24,412 bases of DNA from a virus (IMGVR_UViG_3300008252_000011:1-24412), one strand, 5' to 3'; positions 15,315 through 23,239 are shown, counted from the stretch's first letter. Translations and numbers: made by a program. The notes: generated from the letters alone by a model not told the origin.

Positions 15315-15471
15315 GATGCAGATGAATGCGCAGGCTGATGCGCTATACGGTCGCGAGAAGAAAAGGTATTGGCGGATAGACGTGCTATGCCGTGATTGGG
15401 TTCGCGGCTGCTATGAAAAATCACCGGATCGCCATCCATGCCGGAAGAAAGCAGCACCGGCCATCTGCATC
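15315..15471 (+). ncRNA. C4 / P4-CI / IsrK-like structured phage RNA
   Basis: Perfect 10-bp closing stem GATGCAGATG/CATCTGCATC; hairpin GCGCA-GGCTGA-TGCGC; 3' hairpin GCCGG-..CAGCA-CCGGC; motif resembles this family from memory. Confidence 0.65.
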
Positions 15472-15638
15472 ACAGCTGACCCACCATGCGTGGGCACAGT
15501 AACGGCAACGCCTCCGGGCGCAGCCAGCAGCCCGTGCGACGGGCTCGCGCTGCGACATATTCGCGTCATAAAAAGGCAGCGCACCTATTCCCTTCCTGTG
15601 CCCGGAAGCACCAGCGGGCACCCATCCGGAGCACCACC

Positions 15639-16028
15639 ATGACAACACTCACCAGTGAGCACTGGCGGGGCGTTACCGGCCTGCTGAGTGCGCGAGAACT
15701 TGAGTTCACCCTTCGGGTAGCCGAAGGCCAAACAGACAAAGAGATTGCCCGCGATGCCGGTCTGGCACCGGACAGCGTGCGCAAGCGGATCATGAGCGCC
15801 ATGTTCAAGCTCGGCGCCCACCGCCGCGCACAGCTGGTGGCCGAGGCCATGCGGCGCGCCATCATCGCCCCGCTCGCCATCTTCCTGGCCGTGTGCTGCG
15901 TGGTGGTCAACTCCACGCCAGACACCCAGCAGGAGCGCGCCCCACGCAACCCGCGCGGCGGCTTGGTCCGCATCAAGGGCGGCGCCCGCCGGGACGACCC
16001 CTTCTACAACCCCTTCGATTACGTGTGA
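15639..16028 (+). CDS. LuxR-type HTH regulator with hydrophobic C-terminal segment
   Basis: LSARELE...AEGQTDKEIAR...MFKLGAHRRAQLVAEA; GGAG SD before ATG 15639. Confidence 0.88.
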   Translation: MTTLTSEHWRGVTGLLSARELEFTLRVAEGQTDKEIARDAGLAPDSVRKRIMSAMFKLGAHRRAQLVAEAMRRAIIAPLAIFLAVCCVVVNSTPDTQQERAPRNPRGGLVRIKGGARRDDPFYNPFDYV

Positions 16029-16042
16029 CAGAGGACGTGACC

Positions 16043-16207
16043 ATGCAACAGCAAATCCAAATCGAATCAACCGGGCGCGGATCCTTCTGGCGCCTGACCC
16101 TGGGCGGCACCGTCGTTGGCTGGGCCAACGGCTACCAGAACGCCGTAGCCAAGCGCGAACGCTATGAGCGCGCCCGCGCATCACTCAGCCTGCGGGGTGC
16201 CGCATGA
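16043..16207 (+). CDS. Hypothetical protein (54 aa)
   Basis: GAGGA SD; ATGA overlap with the next gene. Confidence 0.7.
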   Translation: MQQQIQIESTGRGSFWRLTLGGTVVGWANGYQNAVAKRERYERARASLSLRGAA

Positions 16208-16596
16208 GCCCCGCCCGCATGCCGGTTGCCTACATCGCCGGCCCCTACCGCGGCGCGACCCGGGAAGCGGTCACCCTCAACATCCAGTCCGCACGCGCCA
16301 TCGGCCTGCTGGTCGCGCGTAAGCGGTGGTCTCCGATCGTGCCTCACGCCAACACCGGTGACCTCGATTTGGTCGACCCGCACATCGGCGACGAGTTCTG
16401 GCTGGCCGCCACCATGGAGCTGCTGCGTCGCGCTGATGTTGTTGTGCTCTGCCCCGGCTGGGAGGCCTCCAGCGGCACCCTGGCCGAGATCGAAGAAGCC
16501 AGGCGCCTCGGGCTGCAGGTATTCGAAACCCACCACGCCCTGCCCTATTCAGACGCCTGGCGGCAGCAAGAGCGCAAACCGGCGGCGTTGGTGTAG
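16204..16596 (+). CDS. DUF4406/DUF1937-like protein (nucleoside deoxyribosyltransferase-like fold)
   Basis: YIAGPY...PIVPH...LLRRADVVVLCPGWEASSGTLAEIEEA. Confidence 0.82.
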   Translation: MSPARMPVAYIAGPYRGATREAVTLNIQSARAIGLLVARKRWSPIVPHANTGDLDLVDPHIGDEFWLAATMELLRRADVVVLCPGWEASSGTLAEIEEARRLGLQVFETHHALPYSDAWRQQERKPAALV

Positions 16597-16598
16597 TC

Positions 16599-16847
16599 AT
16601 GGCCAAGTCAGCCACAGAGCGCAAGCGGGAGCAACGCGAGCGCGACAAGCTCAAGGCAGAAGAGCGCCGCGCCCGCCTGCTGGCCTACACCCTCAAGGTC
16701 GAGGTGTACCAGGGCACAGCAGACCACATCGAGCGCATCCAGCAGGTCACCGGCATCGACGAGGTGCACGACCTGCTGACCCGTTTAATCCATAACGCCG
16801 ACCGCCTGGATGACGCTGCCCTGCGCAAGTTTGTTGCGGAGCCGTAG
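16599..16847 (+). CDS. Hypothetical phage protein
   Basis: MAKSATERKREQRER basic N-terminus; tight operon packing. Confidence 0.8.
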   Translation: MAKSATERKREQRERDKLKAEERRARLLAYTLKVEVYQGTADHIERIQQVTGIDEVHDLLTRLIHNADRLDDAALRKFVAEP

Positions 16848-16878
16848 TGTCACGGCGGTATGTCACGGAGACTGAAAA

Positions 16879-17232
16879 ATGGAATGCAAAACCCGTTATC
16901 AGTGCAGCCATTGCGACGAAATCCACAAAGACGAGGATGATGCCCGCGAATGCTGCCAGCCCGAGGTTTGGGAGGTGTACGAGTGCGGCGAGTGTGGAAA
17001 GCTCCACGACTCCGATGAGGTGGCCGCTAAGTCCTGCTGCGAGCAGCTGGTGAAATGCCCGGCCTGCTCCCGAGACTATGGGCAGTACAACATCGCGAGC
17101 CACTCGATTGAGGTGGCGGGTCACTGCCCGGCCTGCAACCCCCTGTTCACCGTTGATGAGCAGTTCAAGATCGAAGATCTGCACTACATCCGCACCGGTA
17201 CAAACGCCAGCATTCTGCAAGGGGGCTGGTGA
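16879..17232 (+). CDS. Cys-rich multi-Zn-finger protein
   Basis: Four CxxC and two CC motifs; GGAG SD. Confidence 0.8.
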   Translation: MECKTRYQCSHCDEIHKDEDDARECCQPEVWEVYECGECGKLHDSDEVAAKSCCEQLVKCPACSRDYGQYNIASHSIEVAGHCPACNPLFTVDEQFKIEDLHYIRTGTNASILQGGW

Positions 17233-17735
17233 TGCTACTCCAACAAAACATCCCGGCCAGTCGCTTGGCGGCCCAAGCCATGATCGACAAAGCCCGCGCA
17301 GCCTTTGAGCGCGGCGAGAAGCCAGAGCCAGCGCCAGCACAGAAGCCAGCCAAGCCGGAGTTCGTGAAGTCCGGCGAAGGGCTGCACGTTTCGATGGCCG
17401 CTGCCGTCGCGGCCAAAACCGCAAAGAACCGGTCGGCCAGGGCGAAGCTGGCCGAGAAGATCCGGCCATTGGCTGGCTTGATGTCCGCGAACGATATCGC
17501 TGAAAAGCTCGGGTGCTCACGCGGCATGATCGTGAAAGCTGCGGGCGAGCACGGTATTGATATCGAGGTCGGCAGAGGTCGGCGCGGCGGGCCATCAGCC
17601 GAGCAGCTGACCGAGTTGCGGCGCTGCGCAGCAGATGGCGCTACAACCGCTGACGCGGCCAAGTGGCTTGGCGTACCGCATGGCACGGCCAAGCACTGGG
17701 CGCTGAAGTATGAGATTAAGTTTGGGGTGCGCTGA
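17232..17735 (+). CDS. Protein with two predicted HTH motifs
   Basis: MSANDIAEKLGCSRGMI and TTADAAKWLGVPHGTA; alternative GTG start at 17229. Confidence 0.75.
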   Translation: MLLQQNIPASRLAAQAMIDKARAAFERGEKPEPAPAQKPAKPEFVKSGEGLHVSMAAAVAAKTAKNRSARAKLAEKIRPLAGLMSANDIAEKLGCSRGMIVKAAGEHGIDIEVGRGRRGGPSAEQLTELRRCAADGATTADAAKWLGVPHGTAKHWALKYEIKFGVR

Positions 17736-17995
17736 TGGCCTGCACCGTCACCTACATCCTGAACGCGGCGGGAGGCGGAAGGCCAATCGAGCGCGGCAGC
17801 GCCCCGAAGCGCCCAACATGGTGGCGAGCGCAGGCGTGGCTTGTCCTGCCCAGCGGCGAAAAGTTCGTACACAGCACTCGCGTGCGCGAAACCGCCAGAA
17901 CCCTGATCCCCGTAATGGACGCTCTATTCCAGAACATGATTGCCACCCACGGCAACGTGGTCACCAGCGCAGGCTGGAGCGCCAGCACGCATTAA
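17735..17995 (+). CDS. Hypothetical protein (86 aa)
   Basis: TGATG coupling to the upstream gene. Confidence 0.7.
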   Translation: MACTVTYILNAAGGGRPIERGSAPKRPTWWRAQAWLVLPSGEKFVHSTRVRETARTLIPVMDALFQNMIATHGNVVTSAGWSASTH

Positions 17996-18018
17996 CGGCC
18001 GTCCGGCCAGAGGTAACC

Positions 18019-18240
18019 ATGACCCGCGAAGAAGCCTATGAGGAAGTGGCGCGGATAGCTGCTGAGCACGCCCTGATTGCTCAGGGCTTCGGCGGCGTCC
18101 TGACAATCGTGCATCCCGACATACAGCGCCAGCACGGCATCGAGGCGAACTGCCTGTACATGGCAGGCCAAGGGCCGCACCCGGCAGCCACAACCCAGCC
18201 CAAGCCCAGCGAAGAAGAGCAGCTGAGCCTTCCTGTTTGA
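18019..18240 (+). CDS. Hypothetical protein (73 aa)
   Basis: GAGGT SD before ATG 18019 (MTREEAYEEV...). Confidence 0.72.
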   Translation: MTREEAYEEVARIAAEHALIAQGFGGVLTIVHPDIQRQHGIEANCLYMAGQGPHPAATTQPKPSEEEQLSLPV

Positions 18241-18247
18241 GGTGACC

Positions 18248-18451
18248 ATGGCCACCGAGCTGTCCGAGTCCGCGCAGGCAATCTGCGCCGCCAACTACAA
18301 CTGGCGCACCAGCTCAAGCTGCCAGCGCTGCCCGCTCCACTCTGAATGCAAGAAGCCCAGCGCCGATGCCTCAGAGCAATCGCTTGGCGAGTGGCGCGAT
18401 CGAGTAAACCAACTGGCCGAGCAGGTGCAGGCCGCTGATAACCCGAGGTGA
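18248..18451 (+). CDS. Small Cys-containing hypothetical protein
   Basis: GAGGTG SD; C...CQRCPLHSEC. Confidence 0.72.
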   Translation: MATELSESAQAICAANYNWRTSSSCQRCPLHSECKKPSADASEQSLGEWRDRVNQLAEQVQAADNPR

Positions 18452-18453
18452 CC

Positions 18454-18993
18454 ATGGAAACCCTTGATATCTTCTCCGGGCGCGCACATGAGCGGCGGGA
18501 TGGATTTACGCATGACAACGACATCGGGAAAGAAGAGTGGCTAACCCCGCCGCACATCCTTGCCGCTCTTGGTGAGTTTGACCTTGACCCATGCTCACCG
18601 CCGGAAGAGCGGAGACCGTGGAACACAGCAAAGAGGCACCTAACCGTTTTCGATAACGGCTTGGCACAGCCCTGGGAATGCAGGGTATGGTGCAACCCGC
18701 CTTATGGTCGCGAGTGCGTGAAGTTCCTCGCCAGGATGGCTGACCACGCAAACGGTATCGCTCTCACGTTCGCCAGGACTGAAACAAAGATGTTTCAGGA
18801 GCACGTTTTTCCATACGCGGACGCAATGCTCTTTCTGAAAGGCCGCCTCCAGTTCTGCGACTTCAAGGGCAAGCCAAGCCAGAACAGCGCTGGCGCACCG
18901 TCCGTGCTGATCGCCTACGGCCAAGAAAATCATACAGCGCTTCAAAGCTGCGGCCTGCCGGGATACTTCGTCTCGCTACGCCCCACCGCCTAA
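18454..18993 (+). CDS. Phage DNA N6-adenine methyltransferase (Dam-type)
   Basis: EWLTPP...FDLDPCS...VWCNPPYG; GAGGTG SD. Confidence 0.9.
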   Translation: METLDIFSGRAHERRDGFTHDNDIGKEEWLTPPHILAALGEFDLDPCSPPEERRPWNTAKRHLTVFDNGLAQPWECRVWCNPPYGRECVKFLARMADHANGIALTFARTETKMFQEHVFPYADAMLFLKGRLQFCDFKGKPSQNSAGAPSVLIAYGQENHTALQSCGLPGYFVSLRPTA

Positions 18994-19016
18994 CCGCCCT
19001 TCCCCGAGGTAACTCC

Positions 19017-19229
19017 ATGATCACCCAACTCACAGCCCGGCACATAGCCGGGCGCAACGGCCAGCCCTTGGCCGAGGTAAACGGCCTGCCAGGGCTTGAC
19101 GCCATCATGACCCCTGCCCAGATGCGGCAGCTGGCACGGCAGATCACCCAGATCGCTATCGACAGCGAAACCGGCGTCCGCGGCCTGCGGCGCTATCCAG
19201 AAACTGAGGAGCAGAGCTATGAAAACTGA
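19017..19229 (+). CDS. Hypothetical protein (70 aa)
   Basis: GAGGT SD; operon packing. Confidence 0.75.
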   Translation: MITQLTARHIAGRNGQPLAEVNGLPGLDAIMTPAQMRQLARQITQIAIDSETGVRGLRRYPETEEQSYEN

Positions 19230-19476
19230 GCAGCAGCATGATGAGGTCGTCCCGCAAACTGAGCAGCAGCGCATCGAGTGCGCGATTGATACCGCCCTGC
19301 TGAATGCGGTCCTTTTGCGGGAGCAGGTAGCAGAGCTGGAGCAGGCGCTACTGGCAGAGACTCAGGCCAAGCATGAGGCCGTTGAGGTGTTGCGCGAGGT
19401 GCTGATGGGCAAGCCGTCGCAGCAGATCATTGAGCGCGGACTGGGCATTGTTGACAAGCATGAGGTGGCGGCATGA
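19219..19476 (+). CDS. Hypothetical coiled-coil protein (85 aa)
   Basis: GAGGAG SD; overlaps both neighbours. Confidence 0.72.
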   Translation: MKTEQQHDEVVPQTEQQRIECAIDTALLNAVLLREQVAELEQALLAETQAKHEAVEVLREVLMGKPSQQIIERGLGIVDKHEVAA

Positions 19477-20198
19477 CCGACTACGCCGAACACCTGGAAA
19501 AAGAACTGCTGGCTGCGCGGTCTGAGTTGGCAGAGCTGCGCAAGCGGGTATGTGTGCCGGAGGGGTGGAAAGTCGAGCGAGACGGGGCGCCGATCTACGT
19601 CAAGCCGATCGGCGGCGCAGGTGTCTGGCTATACCCGGACGGAGAGGCCCATGAGCGCGTCATGTGGGCATATTTTGACGCACTTCTCGCAGCCCCGCCC
19701 GCCCCTGCGCCTGTTGAGCGGGTGGAGCAGGAGGCGGTCAGCTACTACGAACGTGCACACGGAGAGAAAAGCCCCACACACGGCATGAACCTTGGCGAGC
19801 GCATCGCGCATGTTGGCGGGCGCACAAACGCTGCTGGGTATATGGAGTTTGGCAGCGTCATGGCGGTTAGCGCATTGATCGACCACGTGCTGCGAGACTC
19901 GCCAGCCCCACAGCCGGCAGCGCCGGCCCTATCCCGCGAGTCGATCATCGACGTACTGCTGTCTATCGGCGGTCAGTCTGAGGGCGTAGTTGCTGACGCG
20001 ATCATGCGGATGGCAGCGCCTGCCCCGGACGTGGCGGGGCTGGTTGACCGAATCGTGCCGCGCATCGACGCTGGCGGGCCGAACCCTATTAACCCTGACG
20101 TGCATTGTTGCGAGTGGACTTTGCATAAAGAGCGCGAGCGCATTCATTCTGAGTTTGCTGACGCCCTCGACTCCCACCAGAGCGGAGGCGCGAAGTGA
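19473..20198 (+). CDS. Mosaic early phage protein with AAP-rich linkers
   Basis: VPEGWK, LLAAPPAPAP, APQPAAP and AAPAPDVAGLV linkers; ATGA coupling. Confidence 0.78.
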   Translation: MTDYAEHLEKELLAARSELAELRKRVCVPEGWKVERDGAPIYVKPIGGAGVWLYPDGEAHERVMWAYFDALLAAPPAPAPVERVEQEAVSYYERAHGEKSPTHGMNLGERIAHVGGRTNAAGYMEFGSVMAVSALIDHVLRDSPAPQPAAPALSRESIIDVLLSIGGQSEGVVADAIMRMAAPAPDVAGLVDRIVPRIDAGGPNPINPDVHCCEWTLHKERERIHSEFADALDSHQSGGAK

Positions 20199-20407
20199 TG
20201 AAGCGAGCACCGTCCGGTTTCACAGCAACATGCCAGTGCGGCGTTACTGTCGGCGCCCTTGATGCTAAACGCACAGACAGGTCTGATATGGGAAAGCTGC
20301 TTGGCCAATGGCTGTTTCATGGCTGCACTGTTACGCCTTTCTTTGGCGACACAAACTGCTTTTCGATTGGCGTATGCCGCTGCGCAGAGGAGCAGCCCCA
20401 TGAGTAA
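20195..20407 (+). CDS. Small Cys-containing hypothetical protein
   Basis: GGAGG SD; CQCG...CRC. Confidence 0.7.
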   Translation: MMKRAPSGFTATCQCGVTVGALDAKRTDRSDMGKLLGQWLFHGCTVTPFFGDTNCFSIGVCRCAEEQPHE

Positions 20408-20660
20408 GCATTTATCAGAACTGGCCAGCAAATGCCAAGGTGTCGCCCGCTGTCTTACCTACAACGATGACACGCCTCAATCGGATGCGAAAAAGACGCT
20501 ACTGGCAGCTTCGCACGCGCTCGATGGAGAGTCTATCCGCGTCCACAAAAAGCGTGACGGCCTGCTGATCGTCAACGCGCGCGGCAAGTCCCGGTTCCTT
20601 ACCATCCGCGAGCGCCTTGCCGTCTGGTTGCTGCGCGGAAAGACGGAGGTGCGGCCATGA
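20400..20660 (+). CDS. Hypothetical protein (86 aa)
   Basis: GAGGAG SD before ATG 20400 (MSKHLSELAS...). Confidence 0.72.
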   Translation: MSKHLSELASKCQGVARCLTYNDDTPQSDAKKTLLAASHALDGESIRVHKKRDGLLIVNARGKSRFLTIRERLAVWLLRGKTEVRP

Positions 20661-21355
20661 GTAAGCCGGAAGTGGTGGCGTATATGTGGGAACACAGAGG
20701 TCGCCACGCATGCGTTGACCGCGCATATGCTGAACAGCTTATGGACGATGGCGAGCAGGTAGCGCCACTCATCCGCCTCACCGACTACGAAAGGTTGCAA
20801 GCCGAGACGGAAAGGTTGCAAGCCGACCACGAAGCCGCCATTGCCGAACTGCAAGCCGACCGAGACCAGCAGTACGACATGAAGGTAAAAGCGCGTGAGC
20901 AGCGAGACGTTGTGACTGCGGAAAACCAGCGACTGCGCAAAGCTCTGACACGCCACGTCTGCACGGGTATGACCGACGCCCAGCGGACGGCAGAGCTTGA
21001 GCGCTACCTGTCGGACGGCATCGCAGCAGACAAGGCGCGGATTAAGTTGCTGGAAGAGCAGCGCGACGCTTTCACAATGCACAAGCTGGCTTCCCGCCAG
21101 TGCATTGGTATCCCGGCATCAGTTGGGGTCTGCGAACCGGTAGAAGGTTTTGCGGAGCGACCGCAAGACTTGGCACCGGCTATGCGTGAAATGGCCCTGA
21201 TTATTGAAGCAGACAAGGCGCGGATAGCGGAGCTGGAGGATGTCGCGCGCGAGGCGCTGGCTGTGATTGAGCGACTGCGGGCAGATCGCGCCGGCATGGG
21301 CACGATTGTTCGCCTCAAAGCGGCCCTAGCCCAGCAGGGCAAGGAGGGTGAGTGA
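20657..21355 (+). CDS. Ead/Ea22-like coiled-coil early protein
   Basis: MSKPEVVAY...PLIRLTDYERLQAE...ARIAELE...AALAQQGKE; heptad repeats. Confidence 0.7.
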   Translation: MSKPEVVAYMWEHRGRHACVDRAYAEQLMDDGEQVAPLIRLTDYERLQAETERLQADHEAAIAELQADRDQQYDMKVKAREQRDVVTAENQRLRKALTRHVCTGMTDAQRTAELERYLSDGIAADKARIKLLEEQRDAFTMHKLASRQCIGIPASVGVCEPVEGFAERPQDLAPAMREMALIIEADKARIAELEDVAREALAVIERLRADRAGMGTIVRLKAALAQQGKEGE

Positions 21356-21570
21356 TGGCCGGAAACATGGAGCGAACCCGGAAGTGGTACGGCGTACCAG
21401 CAAAGCGCGGCGGCCGGGTGGCATACACTGGCAGCGGCAAGCGCGAACTCGGAACGATCCGCAGTGCGCGCGACTGCCGCCTAAACATCCAGCTGGATGG
21501 GTACAACCACACCATGCCATTCCACCCTACTTGGTGTCTGGAGTATCTAGGCAAGGAGGGTGAGACGTGA
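21352..21570 (+). CDS. Hypothetical phage protein (72 aa)
   Basis: YGVPAKRGGRVAY...FHPTWCLEY; AGGAGG SD. Confidence 0.78.
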   Translation: MMAGNMERTRKWYGVPAKRGGRVAYTGSGKRELGTIRSARDCRLNIQLDGYNHTMPFHPTWCLEYLGKEGET

Positions 21571-21710
21571 GCAAGCTATTGCGCGAACTGGCGCGCCAAC
21601 TCGGCATCGCCGGTGACGTGTTCCTCCTTTCAGTTGTCGCCGGGGCCGGGCTCGCGCTTGGCGGGGTGCTGGTTATCAGTGCGCTGGGCGCTATGGCAGG
21701 TGCAAAATGA
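21567..21710 (+). CDS. 47-aa membrane peptide
   Basis: Not in the track: MSKLLRELARQLGIAGDVFLLSVVAGAGLALGGVLVISALGAMAGAK; AGGAGG SD; 4-nt overlaps on both sides. Confidence 0.7.
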   Translation: MSKLLRELARQLGIAGDVFLLSVVAGAGLALGGVLVISALGAMAGAK

Positions 21711-21862
21711 CCCACCGCCCCAAAGGCCGCATGTGCGCCGGCTGCGTCCGCCGTGACAAGGATTGCTCTGCCCTGCCATTTGCTCAGATGCGACCCATAG
21801 GCAAAGACCAGGATGGCACGATCATCGTCAAGTGCGAGTGGCACGAGCCGCGCCAGCAATGA
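21707..21862 (+). CDS. 51-aa four-Cys protein
   Basis: Not in the track: MTHRPKGRMCAGCVRRDKDCSALPFAQMRPIGKDQDGTIIVKCEWHEPRQQ; ATGA overlaps on both sides. Confidence 0.72.
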   Translation: MTHRPKGRMCAGCVRRDKDCSALPFAQMRPIGKDQDGTIIVKCEWHEPRQQ

Positions 21863-22119
21863 TAAGCGAGGTCCATGAAGCCGTGATGCACACCCCAGAA
21901 ACAGCCGGTAGCGGCCAGATCGGAAAGTGCGAGCACTGCGGGCTTATGCCGTCGCCGGAAGGCCATGACGGCTGTCTAGGCACGCTCCCCGGCCCTATCT
22001 GGAATGCATGCTGCGGCCACGGGCGAGACTCTATGGCGTACATACAATATGTCGGCGGGTCGTGCGTTCGCGGCACGGCAGCGTTGATTGAGCAAGCCAG
22101 GGTCAAGCGCCAGCGATAG
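21859..22119 (+). CDS. Cys/His-rich hypothetical protein
   Basis: CEHCG...EGHDGCLGTLPG..NACCGHG; start at 21859 or a slightly later ATG. Confidence 0.72.
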   Translation: MISEVHEAVMHTPETAGSGQIGKCEHCGLMPSPEGHDGCLGTLPGPIWNACCGHGRDSMAYIQYVGGSCVRGTAALIEQARVKRQR

Positions 22120-22211
22120 CCCCACCCCGCTATATCCGCCCGATTACCCCTATCGGGCTATCCCTACCCCACTTTCAAGCATCCGGCAGCGCCGGAGGGA
22201 GAAGCATTGCC

Positions 22212-22637
22212 ATGCCAATTCAAATCGAAGTTATCGAGCGCAAGCTGGTCAGCTCTGTATTCCTCAAGGTCGAAGCCGAGGCGCGCTATTACGAAGACGC
22301 CACCCTAAACGGCGTCGCTGATTGCGAAGACGAACCCAAGGTGCCTTTCCTTGCGGGTCGGATCTGGTGCCCGACCATCGAACTGGAAACCGGCAAGGTT
22401 ATCGACTGGCCGGAAGGCGTGGTTGCTGACATCCACTACAAGGTCTGCGATCAGGGGCGCTATCTGCTGCTCGATGCCGACCGCAATGTTCTGGTCGAGA
22501 AGGATGGCTATGTGCCGGACATACTCAGCCCGGGCGGAAGCGGATATGGCGATTACATCATCATGAAGATCGACGGCACCGGCCAGATCGAGAACTGGCG
22601 CATTGACCTGAACGACTTCAAGCGCGACGACGAGTAA
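22212..22637 (+). CDS. Hypothetical phage protein (141 aa, acidic)
   Basis: GGAG SD; HYKVCDQG...GYVP...GYGDYIIMKID. Confidence 0.82.
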   Translation: MPIQIEVIERKLVSSVFLKVEAEARYYEDATLNGVADCEDEPKVPFLAGRIWCPTIELETGKVIDWPEGVVADIHYKVCDQGRYLLLDADRNVLVEKDGYVPDILSPGGSGYGDYIIMKIDGTGQIENWRIDLNDFKRDDE

Positions 22638-22664
22638 CCACCCTACACGCCGGGAGGCATAGCA

Positions 22665-22958
22665 ATGTCCGACATCAAAGTCATGGCGGCGACAGCAGCG
22701 CTGCAGAAGATGCTCACCCAGAAGTATTTCGACATATGCACTATCGACAACATCATCAAGATGCTCGGCATCGTCCCAGACCGCGAGGCGTACAGCATTC
22801 TGCACACGCTGCACTGTGTCGACTACGACCAGATGCAGCCAGAACTGTTGGAGCAGCTTTCGGTATTGATCATGCGCGTTCTCGACAGCCCGCGAATGGA
22901 TACCAGCCGCATCAACATTGTCAACGACGGGCGCTGCCTGCGCCTGGTGAAGCACTGA
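22665..22958 (+). CDS. Hypothetical protein (97 aa)
   Basis: GGGAGG SD. Confidence 0.8.
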   Translation: MSDIKVMAATAALQKMLTQKYFDICTIDNIIKMLGIVPDREAYSILHTLHCVDYDQMQPELLEQLSVLIMRVLDSPRMDTSRINIVNDGRCLRLVKH

Positions 22959-22975
22959 GCCGGGAGGCATGACCA

Positions 22976-23239
22976 ATGGAACGCGAAATTATCCATGTAC
23001 CTGAGCTGGCTCAGATGCTCGGGCGCACTGAGTCCGCAATCAGAACAGCCATCCGCGACGGCGCAAAGTGGTTGCCGCCAGGGTTTAAACAGGGCGCGCG
23101 GCTGTGCTGGCGTACCGAGTCAGTGCGCCGCTTTCTGAGAGAGTACGAGGAAGGCGAGCACCGCCCAGTGCGGACGGGGCGAAAGCGCGAGACACCGCCA
23201 AAACTCAGCCAAGTTTGTCGGCTAAGTCATGCGGGCTGA
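22976..23239 (+). CDS. Excisionase-like / recombination directionality factor (winged HTH)
   Basis: HVPELAQMLGRTESAIR...LPPGFKQGARLCWRTESV; last early gene, adjacent to the integrase. Confidence 0.75.
   Translation: MEREIIHVPELAQMLGRTESAIRTAIRDGAKWLPPGFKQGARLCWRTESVRRFLREYEEGEHRPVRTGRKRETPPKLSQVCRLSHAG

Noticed and set aside
15295-15642. 115-aa ORF across the structured RNA region
   Set aside because: No SD or recognisable motif; better explained by RNA structure, though translation cannot be excluded.
22133-22140. TATCCGCC complementary to GGCGGATA in the C4-like RNA
   Set aside because: An 8-nt match is expected by chance in a window this size; no second paired site found.
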